Below, piece by piece: positions 47,613 through 55,633 of a stretch of DNA of 64,000 bases. The stretch's first letter is position 1. Every line of letters begins with the position of its first letter. The notes below the pieces were generated by a model. It was not told where the DNA came from. It saw nothing but the letters and a program-made list of their open reading frames with translations, and did no database searches. This stretch comes from Paenibacillaceae bacterium (lineage in GTDB: Bacteria > Bacillota > Bacilli > Paenibacillales > CANHGK01): NCBI GenBank assembly GCA_947460235.1, contig CANHGK010000004.1, positions 26,144 to 90,143 of the forward strand, given 5' to 3'. The translations under genes and the position numbers were made by a program.

Positions 47613-48837
47613 ATCCTTTTTCGATCCATGCATCACGATCATATCCGCGAACTTCCCAATACCCATCCTCTTCTTTATTAATGATCTCAATTCGGCTAAG
47701 CCATTTTACAGATTTATATGCGTACATTTTAGGCACGATTAATCGAACCGGTCCGCCATATTCAATTCCAATCGGTTTCCCATCATGTAATACTGCAACC
47801 ATAATATCTTCTGCTTTCGCCTGCTCTAATGTTAATGTGTCTGTATATTTTAAATCAGAAGAATAAAACTTAACCATACTTGCATCCTGCGTAACTCCGA
47901 CAAATACAAGCAGATCAGATAATCGAATACCTTCCCACGTGTTGTGATATACTGACCAACCGGTCACGCAATGAAAGTCGCTGACTTGTACAACTCTCGG
48001 AAATTTTAAAAACTGTTCCCAATTCCAACTTACGATACGCTTCACATGTCCATCAATGATAAAATTCCATGTTTTTGAATCCGCTTCTGGAATTTTGGTA
48101 ACCGTATATACTCTGAATTCTCCGCTTGCCCCTCCGCCAATTACATTTACAGAATCAGGTAGTGGTTTTGGTGCAGGTAACATTTTGTTTACTTCTACTG
48201 TATCCCCCGATATTAAGTGTGCAGGACTCAATTCCACTTTCTGTTGAAACCATCTCAACCCATATGGTAAAAACAATGCTACGATCCCAACGCCTACAGC
48301 ACCATTTACGAACCGTCTTCTCGAAACGACAGGACGACCAGTAATTGTAGGTCTTCCGTATTGAAGTTCCAATTGCTCATTTTGTTCTTCGACTTCATTG
48401 ATGGCCGATTTACGGTCAAGTTCCTTAATCCAACGTAACCGAGTCACCGTATGATACAAAGCGTATGGAACACCTACCCAAGTAAAAAAATCATGAATAA
48501 CTAGTGCAGTATTAACCCATTCCGAAGGGTACGCTCGAAATTGCCATAATATGATACCTGAAATGATCCACCCTAATAGCAAAATTAAAACAATTCCCAA
48601 ATTCACTTTTTGCGACATTCGTTCACGAAGTTTTTTCAAATGCATCGATAAACTAGGGAGATATAAAAATAACAATCCAACCAATACTAATCCAATGAGA
48701 ATGTGTGCTTCTTTAATCCACACGCGAACTTCACCAAGTTGTCCGCGAATGGAACCTATGCTCAATATCAATCCACTGAACACCAATATCAAGATAATCC
48801 AAGCATTCCAACGATGTAAACGATTTAAGAAACGCAC
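47611..48837 (-). CDS. membrane-anchored molybdopterin-dependent oxidoreductase (sulfite-oxidase / MsrP-like domain fused to a 4-5 TM His-containing domain)
   Basis: C-terminal VSDFHCVTGWSVYHNTWEGIRLSDLL and YGGPVRLIVP motifs. The N-terminus has multiple TM helices with conserved-looking His residues. Confidence 0.75.
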   Translation of the reverse strand: MRFLNRLHRWNAWIILILVFSGLILSIGSIRGQLGEVRVWIKEAHILIGLVLVGLLFLYLPSLSMHLKKLRERMSQKVNLGIVLILLLGWIISGIILWQFRAYPSEWVNTALVIHDFFTWVGVPYALYHTVTRLRWIKELDRKSAINEVEEQNEQLELQYGRPTITGRPVVSRRRFVNGAVGVGIVALFLPYGLRWFQQKVELSPAHLISGDTVEVNKMLPAPKPLPDSVNVIGGGASGEFRVYTVTKIPEADSKTWNFIIDGHVKRIVSWNWEQFLKFPRVVQVSDFHCVTGWSVYHNTWEGIRLSDLLVFVGVTQDASMVKFYSSDLKYTDTLTLEQAKAEDIMVAVLHDGKPIGIEYGGPVRLIVPKMYAYKSVKWLSRIEIINKEEDGYWEVRGYDRDAWIEKG

Positions 48838-48932
48838 GCAAATTCACCTCGCCTGGTTCACTTTTTTCTATTATACTATGCATTAATGATGGATTGAAAT
48901 TGACATCTTTTAAAAGGAGCGAACAAAAACTC

Positions 48933-49514
48933 ATGTCCAATTATCATTTTCTTGCACATATTAACCGACTTCGGCACATTAAACGTTGGAGTTTAATGCG
49001 CAATATCGAACAAGAAAGTGTTTCTGAACATACGTACCATATGACATTGATTTTGCATATGCTTTGTATGATTGGAAAGGAAATATTTAATAAAAACATT
49101 CCCACCGAGAAATTGGTTTTACTTGCGCTGTATCATGATGTGACGGAAGTATTTACCGGTGATTTGCCAACACCAATTAAACATCATAACAAACAATTTT
49201 TGACTGAGTTTGCTAAAATCGAATCTATCGCTGCTGAGCGACTTCTTGAAATGGTACCTCCAGAACTTACAAAAACATTCGAATTCTTAATCGCAAAACA
49301 AGAGGATACTGAATTAAAAAAATGGATCAAAGCAGCTGACTTGCTTGATGCCTATCTTAAATGTTTAACCGAGTTAACTGGGGGCAATCGTGAATTTTCT
49401 GTTGCAAAGGAACAAATTAAACGTTCCCTCGATAAATTAAACATGCCTGAAGTCGATTATTTTCTGGAACATTTCACACCAGGATTTGAAATGACAATAG
49501 ACGAAATTTCATAA
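48933..49514 (+). CDS. HD-domain 5'-deoxynucleotidase (YfbR-like)
   Basis: RLRHIKRWSLMRNIEQESVSEHTYHM...LYHDVTEVFTGD motifs. Confidence 0.8.
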   Translation: MSNYHFLAHINRLRHIKRWSLMRNIEQESVSEHTYHMTLILHMLCMIGKEIFNKNIPTEKLVLLALYHDVTEVFTGDLPTPIKHHNKQFLTEFAKIESIAAERLLEMVPPELTKTFEFLIAKQEDTELKKWIKAADLLDAYLKCLTELTGGNREFSVAKEQIKRSLDKLNMPEVDYFLEHFTPGFEMTIDEIS

Positions 49515-49520
49515 TCACAT

Positions 49521-49557
49521 AAAAAAACATCCCTTACAATTAAGGGATGTTTTTTAT
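49521..49557. terminator. bidirectional terminator
   Basis: aacatccctta-caat-taagggatgtt flanked by A7 and T6. Confidence 0.75.
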
Positions 49558-50057
49558 TAATCTATCCGAATTTGCCAATGTAACCATTTGGATTTACGGT
49601 CATTCAATAATTTTATTGAATTGCCTTCACTCCATTCACGCATCACTAAACAAATGAATGCATATTCCCTAATTTCCTTTGGAATGAAAAGCGAAATATT
49701 CTTATCAAACGTACGAATTCGAATACCTTTTCTGCGAAATTGGATACTTGCGACCATTTCCTTGGATACCGTAATTGCTGGCTTATGCGTCTCTAAAGAA
49801 GTAATTCGATCTTCTTCTAAAAATACCCGTTGTGATTCCCAACTTTCTTTCATACGAACAAAAAAGAATGTACCTAAAATTGAAAGTATACATCCCCAAA
49901 ACAGTCCAATTCCGATTCGCCACGATTGGTCGATTCCTAGATAATCTACTAAACTAATCAATACCGCAAATAAGACGGTGAATGCTAAGATCATCCAAAG
50001 AATTAAATTCATTTTCAACAAAGATAAATTTCGTTCGTTAATTCGACATTCTCTCAT
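49557..50057 (-). CDS. hypothetical membrane protein (2 TM plus a cytoplasmic domain)
   Basis: ATG 50057 lies 7 nt after GGAGG. Two hydrophobic helices, then a soluble domain of about 90 aa. Confidence 0.55.
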   Translation of the reverse strand: MRECRINERNLSLLKMNLILWMILAFTVLFAVLISLVDYLGIDQSWRIGIGLFWGCILSILGTFFFVRMKESWESQRVFLEEDRITSLETHKPAITVSKEMVASIQFRRKGIRIRTFDKNISLFIPKEIREYAFICLVMREWSEGNSIKLLNDRKSKWLHWQIRID

Positions 50058-50098
50058 CTTTTTTCCTCCATCACAAAACAATCCTACAACTAATGCTC

Positions 50099-50127
50099 AT
50101 CGTATCATTTATTCATCACGCTTACAC
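50099..50127 (-). promoter_or_regulatory. promoter-like element GTGTAA-17-TACGAT facing 49557..50057
   Basis: Minus strand: ttcgGTGTAA gcgtgatgaataaatga TACGAT. Confidence 0.35.
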
Positions 50128-50231
50128 CGAAAAATCCACTGCGAATTACCGAAAAAATACCGAAAGAAATTCATTTCGGTACCGAAAAAATACCGAAAGA
50201 AATTCATTTCGGTACCGAAAAAATACCGAAA
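50124..50231. repeat. CCGAAA/TTTCGG repeat array D (9 cores; 33-bp tandem repeat x2.6, each copy with TTTCGGTACCGAAA)
   Basis: accgaaaaaataccgaaagaaattcatttcggt at 50148-50180 and 50181-50213, with a partial third copy. An outer acaccgaaaaatccactgcga lies at 50124. Confidence 0.95.
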
Positions 50232-50268
50232 AAAAACACGTGAAAAAGTTCTTTTCACGTGTTTTTTT
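50231..50268 (-). terminator. terminator after the anti-sigma gene
   Basis: aaacacgtgaaaa...cttttcacgtgttt flanked by A-rich and T-rich runs. Confidence 0.7.
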
Positions 50269-50269
50269 C

Positions 50270-51409
50270 TTAATCAGGCAAAATAATCGTGATTTCCTGT
50301 TTAACATCATTTTGCAAAATTGTACAAATCATCTTTTTGTGATCTTCTGACCATTTCACATCAATTAACATTGCATTAGAATTAAAATCTTCTTTTGATG
50401 TAAAAATAATCTCATCCGTTTGCGATTTCAAAAGAATTTTTCCATTTTCTAATTGAACTGTCACATTTGCAGACGGACCTTCCAATGCTTTCAGTGATGG
50501 CACTGTTTGAACGTCAAAATTAATATCTTTTAATGGCGCTTGATTCATTACTTCCGGTAGGGGTGTTACTTCAGAATTTGCCACGAAATTCGATACAGAG
50601 GGTAACTTGTTCGTCTTGGAAACCATGATACTTAATTGTTTATCTTTATTGGGTGTAGATGTTTGTTTAGGTTTAGGTATTTGTGTTACGGTAACCGTAG
50701 CAACCTTATTCTCATCAACAATCAATTTGGATACTTTAGGTTTCGACATTATCGGAACATCTGTTGCAACTGAACCGACTGAAACCGATGGTTCAATAAC
50801 TTCCTTTTGCGGTGAAATTTCATCAACAGCTGAAACGGTTTGATCCGAAGCTTGTTCCAGTGAGTTTATATGTTGACTTACTTTCAATGCTTCCATCTGA
50901 CTTTTCACCAATTCCGCATGCTCGTTTGATTTTTGAATTAATGGATCATTCTGGAAAAATTGTTCTGGCGCTCTCACAACTCCATCTTCGGTAAAATACC
51001 CTCCAATGAACACCCAAAACCCAATTACAGCAGCTGCCATACCAATTTGGACGATTGGTTTCCACCAAATAAATTGGTTTAACTTCTTTTTATTTCGGCT
51101 AATAACCATAGGAGTCGCCTTTTCGACGGTATTCCTGGTTACTGCTAATGGAACTTGTTGTTCATGATTCCAACGTTCTAATGCAATGCTAACAAAATCT
51201 TTCGGGACATCTACATCAGCTATTATGTCATCCAAATTCACATTTAATTTTAATAACTCATGTTGCGCTCGGTTCAAATCATCAAAAATCGATTGACAAG
51301 TCAAACATCCACTTAAATGCTCATCAAGATTACGAGATGATTTTTCGGATTCCAATTGATCCAATCGTTCATCCATTAATTCACGTGCTCGATCACAAGA
51401 TATTTTCAT
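50270..51409 (-). CDS. anti-sigma factor (zf-HC2 N-terminus, single TM, extracytoplasmic domain)
   Basis: HLSGCLTCQ motif. TM IVQIGMAAAVIGFWVFIGGYF. The start overlaps the sigma gene stop (ATGA). Confidence 0.75.
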   Translation of the reverse strand: MKISCDRARELMDERLDQLESEKSSRNLDEHLSGCLTCQSIFDDLNRAQHELLKLNVNLDDIIADVDVPKDFVSIALERWNHEQQVPLAVTRNTVEKATPMVISRNKKKLNQFIWWKPIVQIGMAAAVIGFWVFIGGYFTEDGVVRAPEQFFQNDPLIQKSNEHAELVKSQMEALKVSQHINSLEQASDQTVSAVDEISPQKEVIEPSVSVGSVATDVPIMSKPKVSKLIVDENKVATVTVTQIPKPKQTSTPNKDKQLSIMVSKTNKLPSVSNFVANSEVTPLPEVMNQAPLKDINFDVQTVPSLKALEGPSANVTVQLENGKILLKSQTDEIIFTSKEDFNSNAMLIDVKWSEDHKKMICTILQNDVKQEITIILPD

Positions 51410-51960
51410 GGACGTACCTCCTCCCGATGATTTGTTGGGCTAAGTTGCCCTTGAAGTATCGTTCGAGTTCTTCTGATATGAGATTTCACGGTATTAATCG
51501 GTAATCCAATGTGTTCGCTGATCGCTTGATAGGACCAATCATTAACAAACCTCAACAACACAACCGCACGAACTTGTTGAGGTAACCGGTTCAATATGTC
51601 CGATAGTTGTTCCAAAAGCACATTAGATACTGCAACGTCTTCCGTCGCTGCATTCGGTTCGATCAAATCAAACTCAATCTGTGAGATCGATAATACCGCT
51701 TTACGCTTTCGTAGCATATCCGTACAAAAATTCGATGTGATCCGCAATACCCACGTTTTGAAACCAGCACGTACTTCGAACGTAGTAAGTTTCTTACATA
51801 CTCTGAAAAGAACTTCCTGCGTTGCATCTGATGCATCTTGTTCGTTCCCTAATAGATAATATGCGGATTTATAAATTGGCCGTTCAACCGAGCGTAACAA
51901 CACCTCTAACGCGTGTTGGTCACCCGCTTGTGCTGCCTGAATCAATGCAGTCTCATCCAC
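51406..51960 (-). CDS. ECF-type RNA polymerase sigma-70 family factor
   Basis: Region 2 (ATQEVLFRVCKKLTTF...FKTWVLRITSNFCTDMLRKR) and region 4 (LPQQVRAVVLLRF...SYQAISEHIGLPINTVKSHIRR). Confidence 0.9.
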   Translation of the reverse strand: MDETALIQAAQAGDQHALEVLLRSVERPIYKSAYYLLGNEQDASDATQEVLFRVCKKLTTFEVRAGFKTWVLRITSNFCTDMLRKRKAVLSISQIEFDLIEPNAATEDVAVSNVLLEQLSDILNRLPQQVRAVVLLRFVNDWSYQAISEHIGLPINTVKSHIRRTRTILQGQLSPTNHREEVRP

Positions 51961-52065
51961 ATCAGGCCACTCCTCTTCATTTCATCTATACTGACGTATC
52001 TCCACTAATAAAAGTTGCACACAAAACTCATCATATCAAAACTTTTTATCTGTGAATATGTGAAC

Positions 52066-52100
52066 AAAAAAAATCCATCGTCCTTATAGGGACGATGGAT
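52066..52100 (-). terminator. rho-independent terminator
   Basis: atccatcgtcc-ttatag-ggacgatggat with T8 on the minus strand. Confidence 0.75.
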
Positions 52101-52123
52101 TTTTGATTCATATATTGGATGAA

Positions 52124-52306
52124 TCAAAAGAACCAATATGCCGGTTTGTCAGTATCATGATCACTATTCATAGTTGTGGAAGATTTGGATAAAGGCGGTT
52201 GCAACGTTTTTGCTACGGATGGCGCAGCAATTTGGGTTTTAAAAACCTCATCCATAGGTAGCATAGGGCGCTCCTTCGTAGGACGTTGGAGCTTTTCGGT
52301 ATTCAA
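52124..52306 (-). CDS. possible small protein (60 aa, TTG start)
   Basis: TTG lies 7 nt after GGAGG. A terminator follows. No recognisable domain. Weakly supported. Confidence 0.3.
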   Translation of the reverse strand: MNTEKLQRPTKERPMLPMDEVFKTQIAAPSVAKTLQPPLSKSSTTMNSDHDTDKPAYWFF

Positions 52307-52401
52307 TAAGACCCCTCCTCACATTCTATATCTAGGACTTATTATACAGTAAATTTTCTGAAAATTGAAACATTATTTTCTGTATTTTAGCATATTTTTA
52401 T

Positions 52402-53553
52402 TTATGCAACCCGATCACCATTTTTATCTATGTTAACCGGTTTCGGTGGTGCCATCCCAATCGTGAACGATGCATGGTCCATTAGTACATTTCTCAAAAG
52501 TAAGATGATCCCTAACGATATCGCTAACGCAGCAACATACCCGCCTCCCACCCAAACCATATAAATAAACCTAGAACCATGCGAGATCGGTAATGCCCGA
52601 TATCCCATTAATACGAAAGGATGAATTAAATAAATTCCAAAAGAGACTTCCCCGATTTGTCGAATGAATTGTATGAATCGTCCTGTCTTTTTGGAAACCC
52701 AACGTGAAAATACAAAAACCAAAATACTCATTGGCAAAAAATATAGGAGACTGCTTAATTCAATCCATAAACTCAATTGCTTATAATACATTGCGTATTG
52801 CCGACTCCACATGATTGTAAACGTTGCATATCCCACTGCCGTAAAAAATCCTAATGTAGTATATCCAATTATTTTATGTTTATTCTTAAGTTGGTTGTAC
52901 CATTCTAGGATTGTTGAATAAAATGTACCTACCCAACCTCCGAGCGTAAAAAAGCTTAAATAAGAAATAAATAAACTTCCTTTCTGCTCAATCCACTGCA
53001 ACTCATGATTAATAATCAAAAAGGAAATATGTACGCCAAGTGTAACCGGAAACATCCATTTAAGCCATGTTTTGCGTTCTCGGATTGGTCGAATCATCCA
53101 TGCAAACAACACGTAAAATTGCATAACTACTAATATGTAATAAAGATGCGTATATGTTTTACCTGTTACCAATTGTTCGAAAAAGGTCAAAATTTGCTCA
53201 GACCATGATAAATCAACTGGGAAAACGATACGTTTAACGAGATAATATAATAATGAGAAAATGACAAAAGGAATTAGCACAAAGTTAATCCTTGATTTCA
53301 TGAATATTTTCCAATTAAAGGGTTTTTGCACATCGCGCGCGTAGGCGTGAAAATATGTAAATGCACTTATGAACAAGAATAGTGGTGTCCCAAATTTGAA
53401 AAAGCGGTTCATCCAATGATAGATCATATACATTCCACTATCTGGAGGTAATGTCATCACGACTTGGGAAGTGCTATGAACGGCCAATACTGCTAAAATA
53501 CAAAACGCTTTGAAAAATACAATTTCGTCCAACCGAATCCGATTGGTCGTCAT
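52402..53553 (-). CDS. acyltransferase family 3 integral membrane protein
   Basis: About 10 TM helices. The N-terminal RLDEIVFFKAFCILAVLAVH motif is typical of acyltransferase_3. The ATG follows a G-rich RBS. Confidence 0.8.
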   Translation of the reverse strand: MTTNRIRLDEIVFFKAFCILAVLAVHSTSQVVMTLPPDSGMYMIYHWMNRFFKFGTPLFLFISAFTYFHAYARDVQKPFNWKIFMKSRINFVLIPFVIFSLLYYLVKRIVFPVDLSWSEQILTFFEQLVTGKTYTHLYYILVVMQFYVLFAWMIRPIRERKTWLKWMFPVTLGVHISFLIINHELQWIEQKGSLFISYLSFFTLGGWVGTFYSTILEWYNQLKNKHKIIGYTTLGFFTAVGYATFTIMWSRQYAMYYKQLSLWIELSSLLYFLPMSILVFVFSRWVSKKTGRFIQFIRQIGEVSFGIYLIHPFVLMGYRALPISHGSRFIYMVWVGGGYVAALAISLGIILLLRNVLMDHASFTIGMAPPKPVNIDKNGDRVA

Positions 53554-53581
53554 AGACACCCCCCCTTTCGTGGCTAGATCA

Positions 53582-55135
53582 TTATGTCGTCAACCAATGA
53601 ACTAACGTTCGAATCATCACACCTGTGCCGCCTTTCGGATTCACACCCGATGCACGGTCAAGCCATGAAGTTCCTGCAATATCTAAATGCACCCAAGGTG
53701 TATTTTCGGCAAACGTACCGATGAATAATCCTGCGGTAATGCTTCCTGCATGTGGTCCAGTTGCATTTTTGAGGTCGGCAACATCGCTTTTTAACATATC
53801 TTTATACGCTTGATACACCGGTAACTGCCATACATGTTCCCCGGTCCATTCAGAAGCTCTAGTTAAAGAATCGAGCAACTCTTGATTATTCGTAACCGCT
53901 CCCGTTGCCTCATGGGCTAGTGCGACTAAAATAGCTCCGGTTAATGTTGCAAGATCCACAAGTCGTGTCGCACCGAGTTCTTTCGCATAGGTAATTGCGT
54001 CTGCAAGCACCACACGACCTTCTGCATCGGTGTTAAGCACTTCAATCGTCCGCTTGCTGTAAGATGTTACGACATCGCCTGGTTTATATGCATTGCCTCC
54101 TGGCATATTTTCCGCTGTTGCAATGATTCCTAAAATGTTGACCGTAGGTTTCAATTGCGCAATTGACTGCATCGTTCCGAGAACTGCCGCTGCCCCGCCC
54201 ATATCTCCGATCATTTCTTCCATGCCTTTTGCTTGTTTCAAACTGATACCACCAGTATCAAACGTAATTCCTTTTCCGACGATACCTGTCCATTCGGAAC
54301 TTTCAGGATCACCATGGTAACGGATCACAATCATTCGCGGTGGATTAACACTTCCTTGTCCAACGGCAAGGATAGCGCCCATTCCTTTTGCTAGCAATTC
54401 TTCTTCTCGGAGTACATGAACTTGCAAAGTTGCAAAAGATTCACCAAGTTGTTCTGCATATTTTGCAATCCCTTCTGGGACAAGCAAATTGCCTGGTTTA
54501 TTTACCAATTCTCTCGCTTCACAAACCGACTCGGCAACAATACCAGCACGATCCCATGCCATTTGAATGGATTGTTTGAACGATTCGTCAACAAGGTTAT
54601 ACGAACATGGAACATTAACGTTTACGAGTTGGAATTCAAATGGAGTTTTCGCATCTTTAGCGTATGTCCCCAGTTGAAAATGGCCTAACTTCCATCCAAT
54701 ACGCGCCGCTTCCATCATTACCGGTATTTCTTCTACAGGACATTGTTGAAATGCATTTGCCCATATAATTTGAACATTGCCAAGTTTTCGTTTTGACAAT
54801 GCCTTTACAAGCATAGCCATTGCTTGCTCAACATTTTGTTTGCGCGATACAAGTGGCAATAAAGAACCATTTGAATCTGCAATCGCACCGGTTCCGCACA
54901 ACGCCAAAGCCAATGGTGTCACAAGTCCATATGTCGGCAAAACGCTGACTTCTCCGGATTTTGCGCCCCATTGGCCTCTTTCTTTCATTTGATCAACCGC
55001 AACCCGAATTGCATCCGGACAACTGACAGGCAAATCATTTGGTCCATCAGAAGACATCATATAAACCAAAACATCGGCCGATTCCGAAATCGAATCGACC
55101 GACCAAATCATTTGATCATTTTTTTGAAAACTCAT
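53582..55135 (-). CDS. pepA: leucyl aminopeptidase (M17)
   Basis: NTDAEGRVVLADAITYA signature and GKGITFDTGGISLK. ATG 55135 lies 4 nt after the upstream stop. Confidence 0.9.
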   Translation of the reverse strand: MSFQKNDQMIWSVDSISESADVLVYMMSSDGPNDLPVSCPDAIRVAVDQMKERGQWGAKSGEVSVLPTYGLVTPLALALCGTGAIADSNGSLLPLVSRKQNVEQAMAMLVKALSKRKLGNVQIIWANAFQQCPVEEIPVMMEAARIGWKLGHFQLGTYAKDAKTPFEFQLVNVNVPCSYNLVDESFKQSIQMAWDRAGIVAESVCEARELVNKPGNLLVPEGIAKYAEQLGESFATLQVHVLREEELLAKGMGAILAVGQGSVNPPRMIVIRYHGDPESSEWTGIVGKGITFDTGGISLKQAKGMEEMIGDMGGAAAVLGTMQSIAQLKPTVNILGIIATAENMPGGNAYKPGDVVTSYSKRTIEVLNTDAEGRVVLADAITYAKELGATRLVDLATLTGAILVALAHEATGAVTNNQELLDSLTRASEWTGEHVWQLPVYQAYKDMLKSDVADLKNATGPHAGSITAGLFIGTFAENTPWVHLDIAGTSWLDRASGVNPKGGTGVMIRTLVHWLTT

Positions 55136-55139
55136 TGCA

Positions 55140-55610
55140 TCAGCGCCCTTCAAAATAAGGTTCCACAGGCAAATCGATATCCGTACCATTTCGATATGCT
55201 TGCCAGTGCACATTCAGTTCACGTCTATTTACAAGCCCGAACTCCATATTCTCTAGCGACTCGTCGATCGTAGCGATCATCAACGATTCATTGAGTTCAC
55301 CGCGATCGTTAATAATATCATCTTCATCATCCACTTGATGACCAAAAGCATACCCATCAATCCAAGTTATCAACATTTTGTCTGATTCTTTGATCATTTC
55401 TGCACGATAAATTTGAATCGAAATCGATTGTAGGTCTTGGGCGTGCATCCATAACACAATGATCCGAAATTCTTCTCCACGCATAACTGTTTTAATCTTA
55501 CCAATTCCGCGATGATTCATTCGGTACTGAAACCAGATTCCATTGGACCAACTTTGAACGTTCTGCAGACTGATTTTTTCGGGTAATTCCGTCTTCCAAC
55601 CGACCACCAA
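55140..55610 (-). CDS. hypothetical protein downstream of rsgI
   Basis: ORF 55140..55625. Likely TTG or GTG start just after GGAAGGAG. No recognisable domain. Confidence 0.5.
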   Translation of the reverse strand: MVVGWKTELPEKISLQNVQSWSNGIWFQYRMNHRGIGKIKTVMRGEEFRIIVLWMHAQDLQSISIQIYRAEMIKESDKMLITWIDGYAFGHQVDDEDDIINDRGELNESLMIATIDESLENMEFGLVNRRELNVHWQAYRNGTDIDLPVEPYFEGR

Positions 55611-55633
55611 AAAAACTCCTTCCAATACTTAGT

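Noticed and set aside
36074-50231. Interpreting the CCGAAA units as Spo0A 0A boxes (TGTCGAA) or as SigI-type -10 elements (CGWA).
   Set aside because: The core differs from the 0A box at three of seven positions, consistently. For SigI, the CGAA-containing strand faces away from the downstream genes and the units are far too numerous. The TAnnAT hexamers at fixed spacing fit a sigma-A-like -10 better.
50231-50268. parS-like CACGTG-centred sequence (aaacacgtgaaaa).
   Set aside because: Only the right half (GTGAAAA) resembles TGTTNCACGTGAAACA and the left half does not. The two CACGTG copies are simply the two arms of a terminator hairpin.
49978-50350. Track ORFs 49978..50286 and 50093..50350, plus 36006..36188, which translate the arrays into FRYRKNTE-type peptide repeats.
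   Set aside because: The peptide periodicity is a by-product of the DNA repeats. These ORFs have no RBS, they run through the terminator hairpins, and they overlap better-supported genes and promoter-like elements.
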